A program made the translations under genes and the position numbers. Below are positions 1-10,035 of a DNA stretch of 32,493 nt, one piece after another (positions within the stretch are counted from its first letter, which is position 1; each line of letters starts with the position of its first letter). Below the pieces are notes generated by a model. That model made no database searches, was not told where the DNA came from, and was given only the letters and a program-made list of their open reading frames with translations. Source of the stretch: Chiloscyllium plagiosum (Eukaryota); assembly GCF_004010195.1 (NCBI RefSeq), contig NC_057719.1, positions 73,894,928 to 73,927,420 on the forward strand, given 5' to 3'.

Positions 1-29
1 ATGCAACCATTCTGAAAATATAGAGGAAG

Positions 30-200
30 GGAGAGGGGGAGTGAGAGAGGTGACAAGGGGTAGATCTGAGGGTCATCAATGTACCCACAAACCCTGACAT
101 ATTTCTGGATGTTCTCACTGAGACACAGCATATAGCGCAGAATCAGGACGGGGCCAACTAGAAATTCTTGGGGAACCAGAGGTAACAGTGCAGGAACATG
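30..200 (-). mobile_element. Highly decayed L2-like LINE RT remnant
   Basis: Reverse complement of about 59-83 translates YIDDPQIY, resembling the L2 RT motif YADDTQLY. Boundaries are approximate. Confidence 0.3.
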
Positions 201-501
201 GAGCAAAGCCTTTTGCAGATGATTCTCTGATTTGCAATTGGATAAGTAAGAATAAATTGGATATAAAAAATCTTCAATGTGCTGTAAAGGAGCATTTTAA
301 AATTTGCAGGGCCAAAACCTTTCAGAATGATCACTTGTATGTGCCTCGCAGTTTTTCAATAACTTTCCTTTCAACTTGACCTGTAGTACAAGCATCATTG
401 GCCACATTTCCCCACAGTAAAGAAAAATGCTTTTATTTTCAAAAAAACATCTCTCAACAGGAACCACAGAATCGACTGGATTTGTTCAAGGCAACCTGAC
501 C

Positions 502-515
502 CCAGCAGAGGGCAC
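502..515 (+). promoter_or_regulatory. Candidate CTCF-binding core motif
   Basis: CCAGCAGAGGGCAC matches the CTCF core consensus CCASYAGRKGGCRS at all 14 positions and lies in sequence not recognisable as repeat. Motif match only. Confidence 0.45.
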
Positions 516-944
516 ATCCTTAAGACAGGGAGAAGTTCTGCTGTTTTGTGCTCCCACTGCAGATAAAGCTGAGGAGAAAATGTTGAAATTCAGCTTGTAA
601 ACTAGTTTCATTTCCCAGTGCGTAGATTGAAGCAGTAAATCTGCTGCAGACTTCTGTGCACTCTGAGATAAAGCAGCTTTGGTGGTCCTTATGGGGAACA
701 GTGGCTGCTGAGCCAAGTTACAGTGCTTAGGGTTTACTGTAACTTTGCCAAGGAGTGTAGGTGGATCTGCTACTTATCTCATGACACTTGACACAAGTTT
801 AGAATGAGAGTTCAGCTCAATAGAGGTTCTGATTTTTTTTCACACTCTGAACTGTCGCTTTGTCCTTTTATGCTCATAAAATATAATTGGATTTTAGTTT
901 TACTGGCTTTATAGCTGAATAAAACCAGCATTGTGGCATCTTAA

Positions 945-1075
945 ATTCTGTGGCCGAAGGTAGACCCCACTCTGTTACAATCTCCACCATATGTAGGGCA
1001 AGGAGGCAGGTCCTGAATCTAACTCAGCTGGAACAGGGATCAATCCACACCAACCATCTAGCCAACCCAGCAAAC
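945..1075 (-). mobile_element. Decayed tRNA-derived SINE remnant
   Basis: ctcagctggaacagggatcaa...ccatctagccaacccagc resembles the antisense of a tRNA-like SINE head with A/B-box remnants. Confidence 0.3.
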
Positions 1076-1689
1076 AAGATCTCTCTTCTTACTTCCCACT
1101 CCCAGGAATCTGAGATACTCTGCATGTTGTAGGCTGAAATTATGCATAATGATGGAGCAAATGTTGAGGGAGTGTGTGATGGAATGGTTCTTGAATGGGA
1201 ATTTCAAGTTGGTTCAGCAAAAATGAAGAATTGTAATGCTTTGTAACATTTACTGAGATTTGATGCCTCACTGTGTCATTAATGTCTCAAAGGAGTTGTG
1301 GGATCTGTCTTAAATATATTTGCTATTTCTATATCTGCTGTGGATTGTCAATCACAGTACATTACTCCAGTTTATCACATCTAAATTCTGGGTTTTAGAA
1401 TACAACATAACGTAGATTGGAGCACTGTTCAACTTGTATCCTTGTTGTTCAAAACAGCAGAATCTTACGTCTTTATTCATCCCTTCTGTTGGCTTTAAAA
1501 ATATAGGTTTCCAGATCAGAATATAATTTGATGAGTTCATATGGGATTTATTCAATACTGATGGCCAGGGATTAATGGATCAATAGGACTGATGGTATAT
1601 CCAGGAGGAGAATTAACTGCTACCCATAATGGGTTGAGGGAAGGAAGGAATATTCTAAAGAAACAAACTCAGAGAAAAAGTATATGAAA

Positions 1690-2620
1690 AAGTAGAAGGA
1701 TTTGGACACTAGGGTGGAAAGATTTAAGGATGAAGATTTTAAATTCAATTCTTTAAGAAATAGAGAACCGGTGAAATCCAGCACGGATATGAATGATAGT
1801 GTAATGATACGATGGCTTTAAGAGGTGTTTTTCATCCTTTTTTGTTGAAGAGAGTTTAAAGACCAAGGTGCTGAGCTGTCTTTTTGATACCAATAAAATA
1901 AACAGCTTGTGAAGCCTTGAATTTTTTTTTTCAGTATTGGCACAATAGAAGTAGCCTGAATTTGTGGAGTAAAGTTCCCAAAAACCGGAATTTTTAGTTT
2001 TGCTTTCTTTCAGTTTCTTTGGGATCTTGAAGCTGGATTTGGAAGCTACAGTACATCTCTCCCTAATACTCTCTCTCTGAGTTTTCTCTTGATGTTTTTA
2101 TTCACGGACTGGAGAATTGCCTGTGAGACAATCTATTTGACTGAATTTGTTTTTACAAAGGGTATGTTATTGGATATTACTACATTGGAACAGCACTGTT
2201 TAGTAGTTAAATAATCTACTAATCTGTTAAGGTTTCCAGTAGAGTTATTTAATTTCTTCTTTCTTTTGTTGTATTTTAACTATGGTGTATGTATAAAGTG
2301 TGTTTTGCTTCAAGACTGGTAATTTGACCAACAGAACTGCATCTGGAACACAACGTCTGGTACTTGCCTTTAAAATAAAGGCTATCTTCTTAATATAATT
2401 GAGGATATTTAGCCTGGTCCATAACAACAGGACACTTGATTTTAGGGCAGGGCAAGAAATTAGAAAATTAAATTACGTCAATTGGTGGTTATGCAATGTG
2501 GACAAGGTGGAGCCAGCAAAAGAAAATCAATGAAATTCAACTGGCCATAACTAAAAACCTGCCTAAGGTTGATAAAACTGTGGTGGGAGTGAACATAAAC
2601 GATGTGGATGAGGGAAAGTG
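1690..2620 (-). mobile_element. Decayed L2-like remnant split by a solo LTR
   Basis: Flanks either side of the LTR (gatttaaggatgaagattttaaattc...; ...ggacacttgattttagggcagggcaaga) resemble antisense L2 ORF2 3' sequence. Confidence 0.3.
1800..2426 (+). mobile_element. Solo LTR (Gypsy-like)
   Basis: TG...CA termini with 7-bp inverted ends TGTAATG/CATAACA (1 mismatch), near-perfect 4-bp TSD ATAG (1796-1799)/ACAG (2427-2430), 627 bp, non-coding. Confidence 0.6.
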
Positions 2621-2799
2621 AAAGTAAGTGTGGCAGGAGAGGAGTGAATCTCATGTTGCCACTATTCAGATGTGCCTGTTTTCATGAAGGCAGGAATAAC
2701 CTCTTGGCATTCCTGGAGCACTGGGCCCCTGGTCTGGTGCTGGGTGCACATCTTTTCTTTAATTAATTAATGGGATGTGGGCATGATTCGGGTACTTCA

Positions 2800-3190
2800 G
2801 GGTGGTCTGTTGCCTTCCTGTTTCTAGGGTCATGGGTGTCCCAGAATGACCATAGGGCATCCTTCATGGGGAACATGAACATAGGAAGGGGGATATGATC
2901 CTGAAATCAAATTTATTGATTTGGATAGAAAATTAGCAAGCAGGGCCTCCTAAAGTGGTAATCTTCAGATAACTTCCCAACCCACATGCAGGTGAGTTAT
3001 AGGAAGGTAAGGCAGATGAATGTGTAGCTGGAAGATGGTGCAAGAGAGAAATCTTCAGATTTCTTGGAGACCGAGACTTGCTCTGGGACAGATGGTACCT
3101 GTACAAACTAGACTGGCTTTCTCTGAATGGAGCCAGGCTGAGTTCCTTTTGGGAAATTTTAGTAGCGCTGCTGGAGAGGGTATAAGTCAC
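2800..3190 (+). mobile_element. CR1 LINE ORF1 (SGNH esterase) remnant
   Basis: Frameshifted translation gives VCCLP..., RKLASRAS-KVVI..., RQMNV*LEDG..., RWYLYKLDWLSLNGA and FSSAAGEGI, matching the CR1 ORF1 C-terminus (LYKxDGLHLNxxG...FASAVGEGLN). Confidence 0.65.
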
Positions 3191-3205
3191 TTGAGCAGGG
3201 GTGTG

Positions 3206-3520
3206 AAAACCAGGAGGAAAAGAAATTGCTGGAGAAACTCAGCAGGTCAAGAGTAAAAACAGAGTTAATGTTTCATGTCCAGTGAATCTTCTTCAGAACT
3301 GATAGTGGCTAAGAGAAGGTGGTGTTTATGCCGATGATGGTGGTGGAATGTGTAAAGATGTGAATGGAAGGAGGCAGAGCTGAAACTGAAAAAAAAAATT
3401 CAGCAGGGATGGTTGATAGTAAGTCAGAGAAGGAGGAAAGCTGATAATGGGGACAACAGGTAGTGCAAATGAATTGCCTCAGTTGAAAGCAGCCCATGTC
3501 ATCTAAGCCAGAGGCAGTCA
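3206..3520 (-). mobile_element. Penelope-like pLTR/3' remnant, family B, with decayed hammerhead at 3263-3300
   Basis: Minus strand reads AGUU-CUGAAGA-a-[decayed helix II]-GAAACAUU-AACU, so core and helix I are retained. It shares aaattgctggagaaactcagcagg with other family B copies. Confidence 0.55.
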
Positions 3521-4014
3521 CCAAGGAATGTGATGATCCTGAGGAAGTGAGTCTTGGCATGTACCTTGTCAAACAGCAGAAGCAAGACTGGAAGTAATGA
3601 TGGTGAGTAAGAAGAAAGGATTTCCATTCTAATCTGTCGGACAGAGAAGAAGAACTTATTCAAGGTGGGAAGAGATGCAGTAGTTAGTTAAACTCATTAA
3701 ATGTGACAGATGAGCAGACCACAATCACGTAAGGTCAGAGCTGGGCTGGATAGACTGAAACTAAAGGCTGGCATGTAAAAACAGTAGCTGAACACTATTC
3801 AAAGAGAAGATGGTTTGAGTATCATCAAGGTACATTCCCTCGAAATGGAAAGGTAGGACAAACAAATCCAGAGGTTGATGGATGACAAAGGAGATAGAAG
3901 GAAGCATGCTTATAACGGGTGTCAGGTGATCAATACAATTAAGAATCAAGCCCAAAGCAGAAGTTTCAGAAGGACATATGATAAGCTACTGCACAAGGCT
4001 GCATAATATACCAG

Positions 4015-4222
4015 GAGAAAGTGAGGTCTGCAGATGCTGGAGATCAGAGCTGAAAATGTGTTGCTGGAGAAGCGCAGCAGGTCAGGCAGCATCCAGGGAA
4101 CAGGAGAATCGACGTTTCGGGCATAAGCCCTTCCTGAAGAAGGGCTTATGCCCGAAACGTCGATTCTCCTGTTCCCTGGATGCTGCCTGACCTGCTGCGC
4201 TTCTCCAGCAACACATTTTCAG
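4015..4222. mobile_element. Foldback Penelope-like pLTR insertion, family A
   Basis: 15-bp TSD tgcataatataccag (4000-4014 and 4223-4237). Perfect 84-bp inverted arms at 4050-4133 and 4139-4222 with a 5-nt spacer. Sequence is homologous to the 3' part of the GIY-YIG-bearing element at 6145-6660. Confidence 0.9.
4134..4161 (+). ncRNA. Minimal type-I hammerhead ribozyme motif
   Basis: CUGAAGA-A-GGGC(UUAU)GCCC-GAAA-CG-UC. Core boxes are intact, helix II is 4 bp, helix III is the palindrome ACGU, predicted cleavage is after GUC at 4161. Helix I is weak, about 2 bp. Confidence 0.7.
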
Positions 4223-4823
4223 TGCATAATATACCAGTCCATTGTGCTGAGAGCAGTCCATTAGCAGGCATAGAGTATTGGCTAACTAATAGAGAATTGA
4301 GGTAAAGGGCAAGATTTTCAGAATAGCGACCTGTGATTACTGGAGTGCCACAAATTAATGCTGGGCTGCAATTATATATAATAAATAATAATGACTTGGA
4401 TGAGGAAAGTGAATGTACCATCACCAAGTTCATGGATGACACAAGAATAGATGGGAAAGTATGTGGTGAAGATGAGGCAAAAAGTCTAGTGATGGATATA
4501 GACATGTTCAGTGGGTGACAGATTGGCAGATGAAATAAAATGTGGGAAAATGTAAAGTTATGCACTTTTGTAGAACTTTTAAATGATCTGAATATTATTT
4601 AAATAGAGACAGGCTGCAGCACAAAGGTATTTGGGGATCTCAGAGATGGATGACTAGCCTTCAAGTTCCAGGTAATGGAGAAAGCAAATGGAATGTTGGC
4701 CTTATTTCTGAAGGAAATGGAGTTAAAAATAGAGGGGGTTTACTAAGACTATGCAAGGTGCTGGTCTGACCACAGCTGGAATATTGTGAGCACTTTTGGT
4801 CCTCTTATCTAAGGAAACTGGCT

Positions 4824-4973
4824 AAAGTAAAAGGAAAGAGATGTGGATGCTGGAAATCAGAAACAAAATCAGAAATTGGTGGAAAAACTCAGCAGGTCTG
4901 GCCGCATCTGTGGAGAGAAAGCAGAGCTACCGTTTCGGGTTGAGTAGCTTTTTTCCAGAACTTCAGTGGAATT
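4824..4973 (-). mobile_element. Penelope-like pLTR insertion, family B
   Basis: gatgctggaaatcagaaacaaaa...aaactcagcaggtctggccgcatctgtggagagaaagcagag...cgtttcggg...ccagaact, flanked by ctggct (4818-4823 and 4974-4979) within CR1 sequence. Confidence 0.7.
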
Positions 4974-5015
4974 CTGGCTTTAGAGTTAGACCAAGGAAGG
5001 TTCGCTATGTTGAAC

Positions 5016-5204
5016 ATTAACTAAAACGAAGAACTGCAGACGCTGAAAACCTGAAACAAAAACGGAAATTGTGAGAGAAACTCAGCAGGTCTGTGGAAAG
5101 AAAGCGGTGTTGTTGGAGGGTCACTGGACCCAAAACTTTGAGTCTGTTTTCTCTCCGCAAATGCTTCCAGACCTGCTGAGGTTTTCCAGCAATTTTGCTT
5201 TCGA
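5016..5204. mobile_element. Foldback Penelope-like pLTR insertion, family B
   Basis: Antisense arm (aaactcagcaggtctg...) is followed by a sense arm (gggtcactggaccc...ccagacctgctgag). Degenerate TSD ttcgctatgttg (5001-5012)/ttcactgggttg (5205-5216). Confidence 0.7.
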
Positions 5205-5536
5205 TTCACTGGGTTGGTTCTGGGTGTGGAGGGATTTTCTTAAATGCAGAGGTGATGAGGTTGTGCTTATAGATAAATGGACACTACCACTGGTCCACAA
5301 GAGCCCTAGGTTGGGCTTATACTCATTGGAGCTTAGAAGAATGGAAGGAAATCTTACTGAAACATGTAAGGTTCTCACGAGATCTTAATAGGGTAGAGAT
5401 AGAGAGATTCTTCCTGGTCTAGCACTCACAAAGGAGTTGCACATTTAAGACATGTGAGGAGGAACTTTTTTTCTGAAGGTAGTTAATCTGTGGAATTCTT
5501 TGCCACAAAGGGCTGTCAGTGCTGGGTCAGTAAATA

Positions 5537-5686
5537 CTGAGGCACTCTGCCTCTATTCCTGATGAAGGGCTTTTGCCCGAAAAGTCGATTTTCCTGCTCC
5601 TCGGACGCTGCCTGAACTGCTGTGCTTTTTCAGCACCACTTTAATCTAGAATCTGGTTTCCAGCATCTGCAGTCCTTGTTTTTACC
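5537..5686 (+). mobile_element. Penelope-like pLTR insertion, family A variant
   Basis: cctctattcctgatgaagggcttttgcccgaaa...ccagcatctgcagtccttg, with a 10-bp TSD tcagtaaata (5527-5536)/tcactaaata (5687-5696). Confidence 0.8.
5559..5586 (+). ncRNA. Minimal type-I hammerhead ribozyme motif
   Basis: CUGAUGA-A-GGGC(UUUU)GCCC-GAAA-AG-UC. The core is intact but the helix III palindrome is altered (AAGU). Confidence 0.55.
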
Positions 5687-5774
5687 TCACTAAATATATC
5701 CTTGGCTGAGTTAGATTTCTTAATCTGTAAGAGAGTCAAGAGTTATGGTATAAGGCAGGAGGATGGAGTTAAGT

Positions 5775-6082
5775 ATTAGATTCCCTGCAGCATGGACACA
5801 GGCCCTTCAGCCCAACAAGTCCACACCAACCCTCCAAAGAGTAACCCACCCAGACCCATTCCCCTACATTTATGCCTGGCTAATGCACCTAACACTATGG
5901 GCAATTTAGTATAGCCAACTCACCTGACCTACATATCCTTTTGGATTGTGGGAGGAAACCAGAACATCCAGAGGAAATCCATGCAGACACAGGGAGAATG
6001 TGCAAAGACCAGTCGCCTGAGGTGGGAATCAAACCCAGGTCCCTGGCGCTGTGAGGCAGCAGTGCTAACCACTATGCCACCC
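5775..6082 (-). mobile_element. HE1-type V-SINE
   Basis: Antisense of a tRNA-like head (ggtggcatagtggttagcactgctgcctcacagcgccagggacctgggtttgattcc), V-domain (ggtttcctcccacaatccaaa) and CR1-like tail. tatta is repeated at 5774-5778 and 6083-6087. Confidence 0.9.
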
Positions 6083-6144
6083 TATTATCAGGCCACCCGT
6101 GATCTCATTGAGTGGCAGTGTAGAATCACTGAGCTGAATGGCCT

Positions 6145-6660
6145 GCACCAATCAACTCCACCGCCCCGTGGCCCAACATTTCAACTCCCCTCCCACTCTG
6201 CTAAGGACATGCAGGTCCTGGGCCTCCTCCACCGCCGCTACCTCAACACCTGATGCCTGGAGGAAGAATACCTCATCTTCTGCCTCGGAACACTTCAACC
6301 CCAGGGCATCAACGTGGACTTCACCAGTTTCCTCATTTCCCCTCCCCCCACCTTACCCCAGTTCCAACCTTCCAGCTCTGCACTGTCCCCATGACCTGTC
6401 CTACCTGCCAATCTCCCTTCCCACCTATCCGCTCCACCCTCCTCTCCGACCTATCACCTTCATCCCCACCCCCATTCACCTATTGTACTCTTTCCTACCT
6501 TCTCCCCAGCACACACATACCACCCCCCATTTATCTCTCCACCCTGCAGGCTTCCTGCCTCTATTCCTGATTAAGGGTTTTTGCCCGAAACGTCAATTTT
6601 CCTGCTCCTTGGATGCTGCCTGACCTGCTGTGCTTTTCCAGCACCACTATGATGTAAACT
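6145..6660 (+). mobile_element. Penelope-like retroelement 3' end: GIY-YIG endonuclease C-terminus plus pLTR with mutated hammerhead
   Basis: Across a frameshift it reads PVAQHFNSP-SHSAKDMQVLGLLH...LEEEYLIFCLGTLQPQGINVDF, typical of the PLE GIY-YIG end (E..LI..L.TL.P.G.N). A C-rich tract follows, then CUGAUUA-AGGGUUUUUGCCC-GAAACGUC at 6567-6594. Confidence 0.85.
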
Positions 6661-6689
6661 CTACTTCTGCATTTATATTTCATGGGTGG

Positions 6690-7100
6690 CGAGAAAGCAA
6701 TACTAGATGCAAAAGAGCTATTCTTACAAAAGACTGACAGCTAACATAAAGGGAAATCCCAAAATAGTCAACAAAGCACATCAATAGTAAAAGGGTGGTA
6801 AAATGATAGTCTACAAAGATTGCTAGAAAAACTCAGCAGGTCTGTGGAAAGAAAGCGGCATGTGATGAAGGGTCACTGGACCCAAAACTTTGAATCTGTT
6901 TTCTCTCTGCAAATGCTTCCAGACCTGCTGAGGTTCTCCAGCAATTTTGCTTTTGATTCACTGGGTTAGTTCGACAAAGTCTACAAAGCACATCAATCGC
7001 AAAAGGGTGGTAAAAGGATAAGAGTCTATTAGAGACCAAAAAATGGATTTATACACAAAAGGAGGAGGCATGGCTAAGGTTTTACATTGCACTTGTCTCT
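6690..7100 (+). mobile_element. CR1 ORF2 remnant (EN-RT linker region)
   Basis: KRLTANIKGNPKI..KHINSKRVVK...IRDQK, the same region as LANRIKENPNGFYKCIKDKRVTKERIGPLKDQ in the young copy at about 15610-15705. Confidence 0.55.
6819..6972. repeat. Local duplicate of 5068-5220 (family B foldback plus its CR1 flank)
   Basis: Close copy sharing a private 10-bp deletion and the junction into ttcactgggtt(g/a)gttc. It is flanked by a 43-bp duplication (6766-6808 and 6978-7020). Confidence 0.75.
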
Positions 7101-7312
7101 ACCTATGATACAGTTGGCTCAAGATCTTATTAAAGCTTCTTTGTTAAACATGGAAAGAAGGAATTGTATTTCAGTGGCAAGCTGAAGGAGACGATACCTG
7201 ACTCCATATACTTGGCCATATATGGCATAAAAGAGTCCTAGAAAAAATTCTGTCAATTGGATTCGGGGGAAAGTTCTCCACTGGTTAGTCATACAAAGCA
7301 CAAAGGAAGCTT

Positions 7313-7461
7313 GAATAAAAACCAAAGTAACTGTGGATGCTGGAAATCATAAACAGAAACAGAAATTCCTGGAAAAACTCAACAGGGTTTGGCAGTATCT
7401 ATGGAGAGAAAACAGAGTTAATGTTCAAGGTCCAGTGACCCTTCTTCAGAAGGGTCCCTGG
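7313..7461 (-). mobile_element. Penelope-like pLTR insertion, family B, with mini-foldback
   Basis: 13-bp TSD acaaaggaagctt (7300-7312 and 7462-7474). It ends in gtccagtgacccttcttcagaagggtccctggac, a short inversion centred on the HHR core. Confidence 0.85.
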
Positions 7462-7849
7462 ACAAAGGAAGCTTAGTTGTGGTTTTTGGTGATCATTCCT
7501 CTCAGTCCCAGCCAAGTACAAGACTTTCTCAGTGTAGTGTCCGAAGCCCAGCCATCTTCAGATGCTTAATTGATGACCTTCCCTCTAATGCAAGGTCGGA
7601 AGCTAGATATATGTTGATGGCTACACACTGTTCAGTACCATTTGCAACCCTTCAGATTAATGTCATCTGTGTCCATATGCAGCAATATTAGAAAACATGG
7701 TAGGCTTGTGCTGATAGGTGGCAGGTAAGATTGCCTAGCAATTGTGTGCTGATGAAATGAGCATTCCAAATCCACAAAACTCTACAACCTGGGAAAACAA
7801 GAACACAACCACACTTCCGTCCATGCCACAGATGCTGACTTACAACTGT

Positions 7850-8585
7850 AGGTGAAATCTTCAGTTCCTTGAAGTGGCAGGCTTGCAGAGGGGAAGACAA
7901 GATGGTGTCATAACTGAACCCTGCCAACATTTCACCTCCACCAGAATTACATTCCAACTGGGAAGTCAATGTTTCTATCCACCTCCAATTGAGACCTTGA
8001 AGTGGCCAATTAAGGACCGATGAAGGGCCTCAATCTACCATGGCTGAGATTAATCCAGCTGCAAGTGGGCATTAACATGTGGCAAGCCTCGCGGGCCAAC
8101 CTGTCTGGACAGCTTATCTCTACAGCGGGGGACATGGCCTCTCTCGATCAAAGCAATTTGTGCCTTGATTAAGGGACTGGCTATCGTGTAGATGATGAAA
8201 GCTGAGTGCTGCCTCCTTTGCTCATGCTTCAGAACTCTTATGCCTCTCTCCTCATGATCCTCAAGCAGAAAATGCTACCTCCCACTCCACCTCAGTCCTG
8301 AGTTTTACATTATCCTGGCACTCCTAAGGTGCATTTCCAGCGGCAGTCACAACCACCTCCATAGCGCTGTGGAGCTCAAGAACTTCCAGTCCCTGGTTGG
8401 AAGACAACTCTCACTGAGCTGAGGTTCCACACTCCAGGTTTTGATTCCAGGTAAAAGCCTGCTGGTAGTTTCGCCACTATCTGATTGACATTAGGTAGTG
8501 AACTTTCCCTGGAAGATGCAGCACAGGTCTCTTGCTGGTTCTCCAACTGGCTGATCCTCCCTACCTCAACAGGACTGCATCCATT
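7850..8585. repeat. Unclassified GC-richer insertion, possibly an old MITE
   Basis: It interrupts the CR1-clade element and has weakly inverted ends. The motif ccaattgagaccttgaagtggccaattaagg has a relative near 22245-22285. Confidence 0.3.
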
Positions 8586-9699
8586 TTTACTATTCCTCGA
8601 CTGACACTGAGCCAAACTCCTGAATCTCAATCACTAACACTGCTATGGTTATGTTAAACCACACAATCTGATTCAGTTCAAGAAAGTGGTCATCACTATT
8701 TGCTCAAGGACACTTAATGATGGGCAATAAATACTAACTTTCCCAGTGATGGCTAGTTTCCAGGAGCTACAAAGATAATCACATCACTAAAGGGTATATT
8801 TTATACTTCTGCTGTTAACTGCTACACTTCTGTGATGAGTTTGTCTGGAAATTAATTTGCCAATCCTGCAAGCTCTTAGAAATAGCAGGGAGGCAAAAGG
8901 AAAATATTGTTCTTGAGAAGTAAATCTGCTGACTAATCCAAGAAATGCACACCCAAACTTACTGACCAATTTGCAGATTAATAATGGTGAGTTTCATTCA
9001 TATGCCCTTATTTTTGAGCCAGCTCTTGATCATTAACAGTCTATCTAAAATTGTCCATATATGCTCTTTGAAAAGAATGCACAACATAATCTAGTTCAAG
9101 AATAGTTGGAATTGTTTTATATCCAAATGGTGATTTTTTTTCTGGGGGAAGATTAGAGTTGTATTCATGAGAGATTAAATTCAGTTGCAAATGTTTACCT
9201 TTGGATGTGTTGGCATTTATTCTGTTTTGTCTTCCGCACTATTTCGGGAATCTTACTAGCACCAGCCCTTTCAAAACATCTGATAGTTGCAGGGAATTAT
9301 GATCAACGACCTTAGCTCACTCTCTCTTCGAAGTCTAACACTGTTAAGGGAATTGAATTACACATATAATTGACACTGAACCTGCCTGTGTGTAATGACT
9401 GGGTATTAATTTTACTGTATAACACTGTCAGATATGGCAACGCCTTCCTCTGAGTAGCCATTATCCTCAGCACTGGTCTAAAATATTGAAATCATAGAAA
9501 TTAACAGAAACCGTCGAACATAAAACTTGACATTTTACTTGTAGCTGTCTGATTTTCAGAAATACACTGCTGGTTGTGTTCTTTTAATGAACACTTCTGA
9601 TGACCAGAATTGGTAATCAATACATTTCCTTGTAAGTATGATTCCTTTATTCCAACTTTAAAGATAAATTGAACAATACTTTAAAATGATTTGATTCTC

Positions 9700-10035
9700 T
9701 TTCATGGATTCATCTTCCCTCACATCTCTGAATCTGCTCCAAACTCACAATGCCCTAAGGTATCTGCACTTCCATAATTCTGACCTGGTGAGCGTCCCTG
9801 ATTTTAATTGCTCCACTCTTGATGCCTCTGTCCTCTGCGGCTTGGATTCTTAGCTGTGGAACTCCCTTCTTTAGGTGCTCCAGATTCCTCGCCTGACTAA
9901 GTTACTCCTTAAAAATGAGCATTTTAAAAAAATTCTGTTTTTGATTGTTATGTGGGTCAGTGTCAAAATCTGTTTAAATATATTACTGTGAAACACCTTA
10001 CCATGTTAAAGGTGCTATGCAAATGCAAATGGCTT
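9700..10035 (+). mobile_element. L2-like LINE 3' end
   Basis: ccctgattttaattgctccac...ctgtggaactccctt (LWNSL) and tail ctgtgaaacacctt...atgttaaaggtgctatgcaaatgcaa, typical of L2 3' ends. Confidence 0.6.

Larger units (their letters stand above)
3740..6690 (+). mobile_element. Old CR1 LINE (ORF2 RT to 3' UTR) hosting at least six nested insertions
   Basis: 4333-4518 translates as TGVPQ...NNNDLDEESECTITKFMDDTRIDGKV (RT GVPQGS and FADDTK motifs). RPQLEYCE.FWS.YL lies near 4770-4812. 3' UTR gatctcattgagtggcag...gaatggcct|ctacttctgc resumes at 6661. Confidence 0.8.
7210..8770 (+). mobile_element. Second CR1-clade LINE family, decayed (7210-7845 and about 8590-8770)
   Basis: RT remnant SQCSVRSPAIFRCLIDDLPSNARSE (PQGSVLGPTIFSCFINDLPS-like). 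3' tail gttcaagaaag...ctcaagg...gatgggcaataaatact. Confidence 0.65.

Noticed and set aside
4015..4222. Reading the palindromic elements as DNA-transposon MITEs, miRNA genes or CRISPR-like repeats
   Set aside because: The arms are asymmetric, TSD lengths vary, the copies are dispersed with no spacer periodicity, and the sequence is the 3' pLTR of a GIY-YIG retroelement.
8830..8935. Box C (GTGATGA) and box D (CTGA) about 100 nt apart, snoRNA-like
   Set aside because: No terminal stem or recognisable rRNA guide. Such a pair is expected by chance.
9410..9445. TAACACTGTC, the 5' end of miR-200a/141
   Set aside because: Only 10 nt match and there is no precursor hairpin or star arm.
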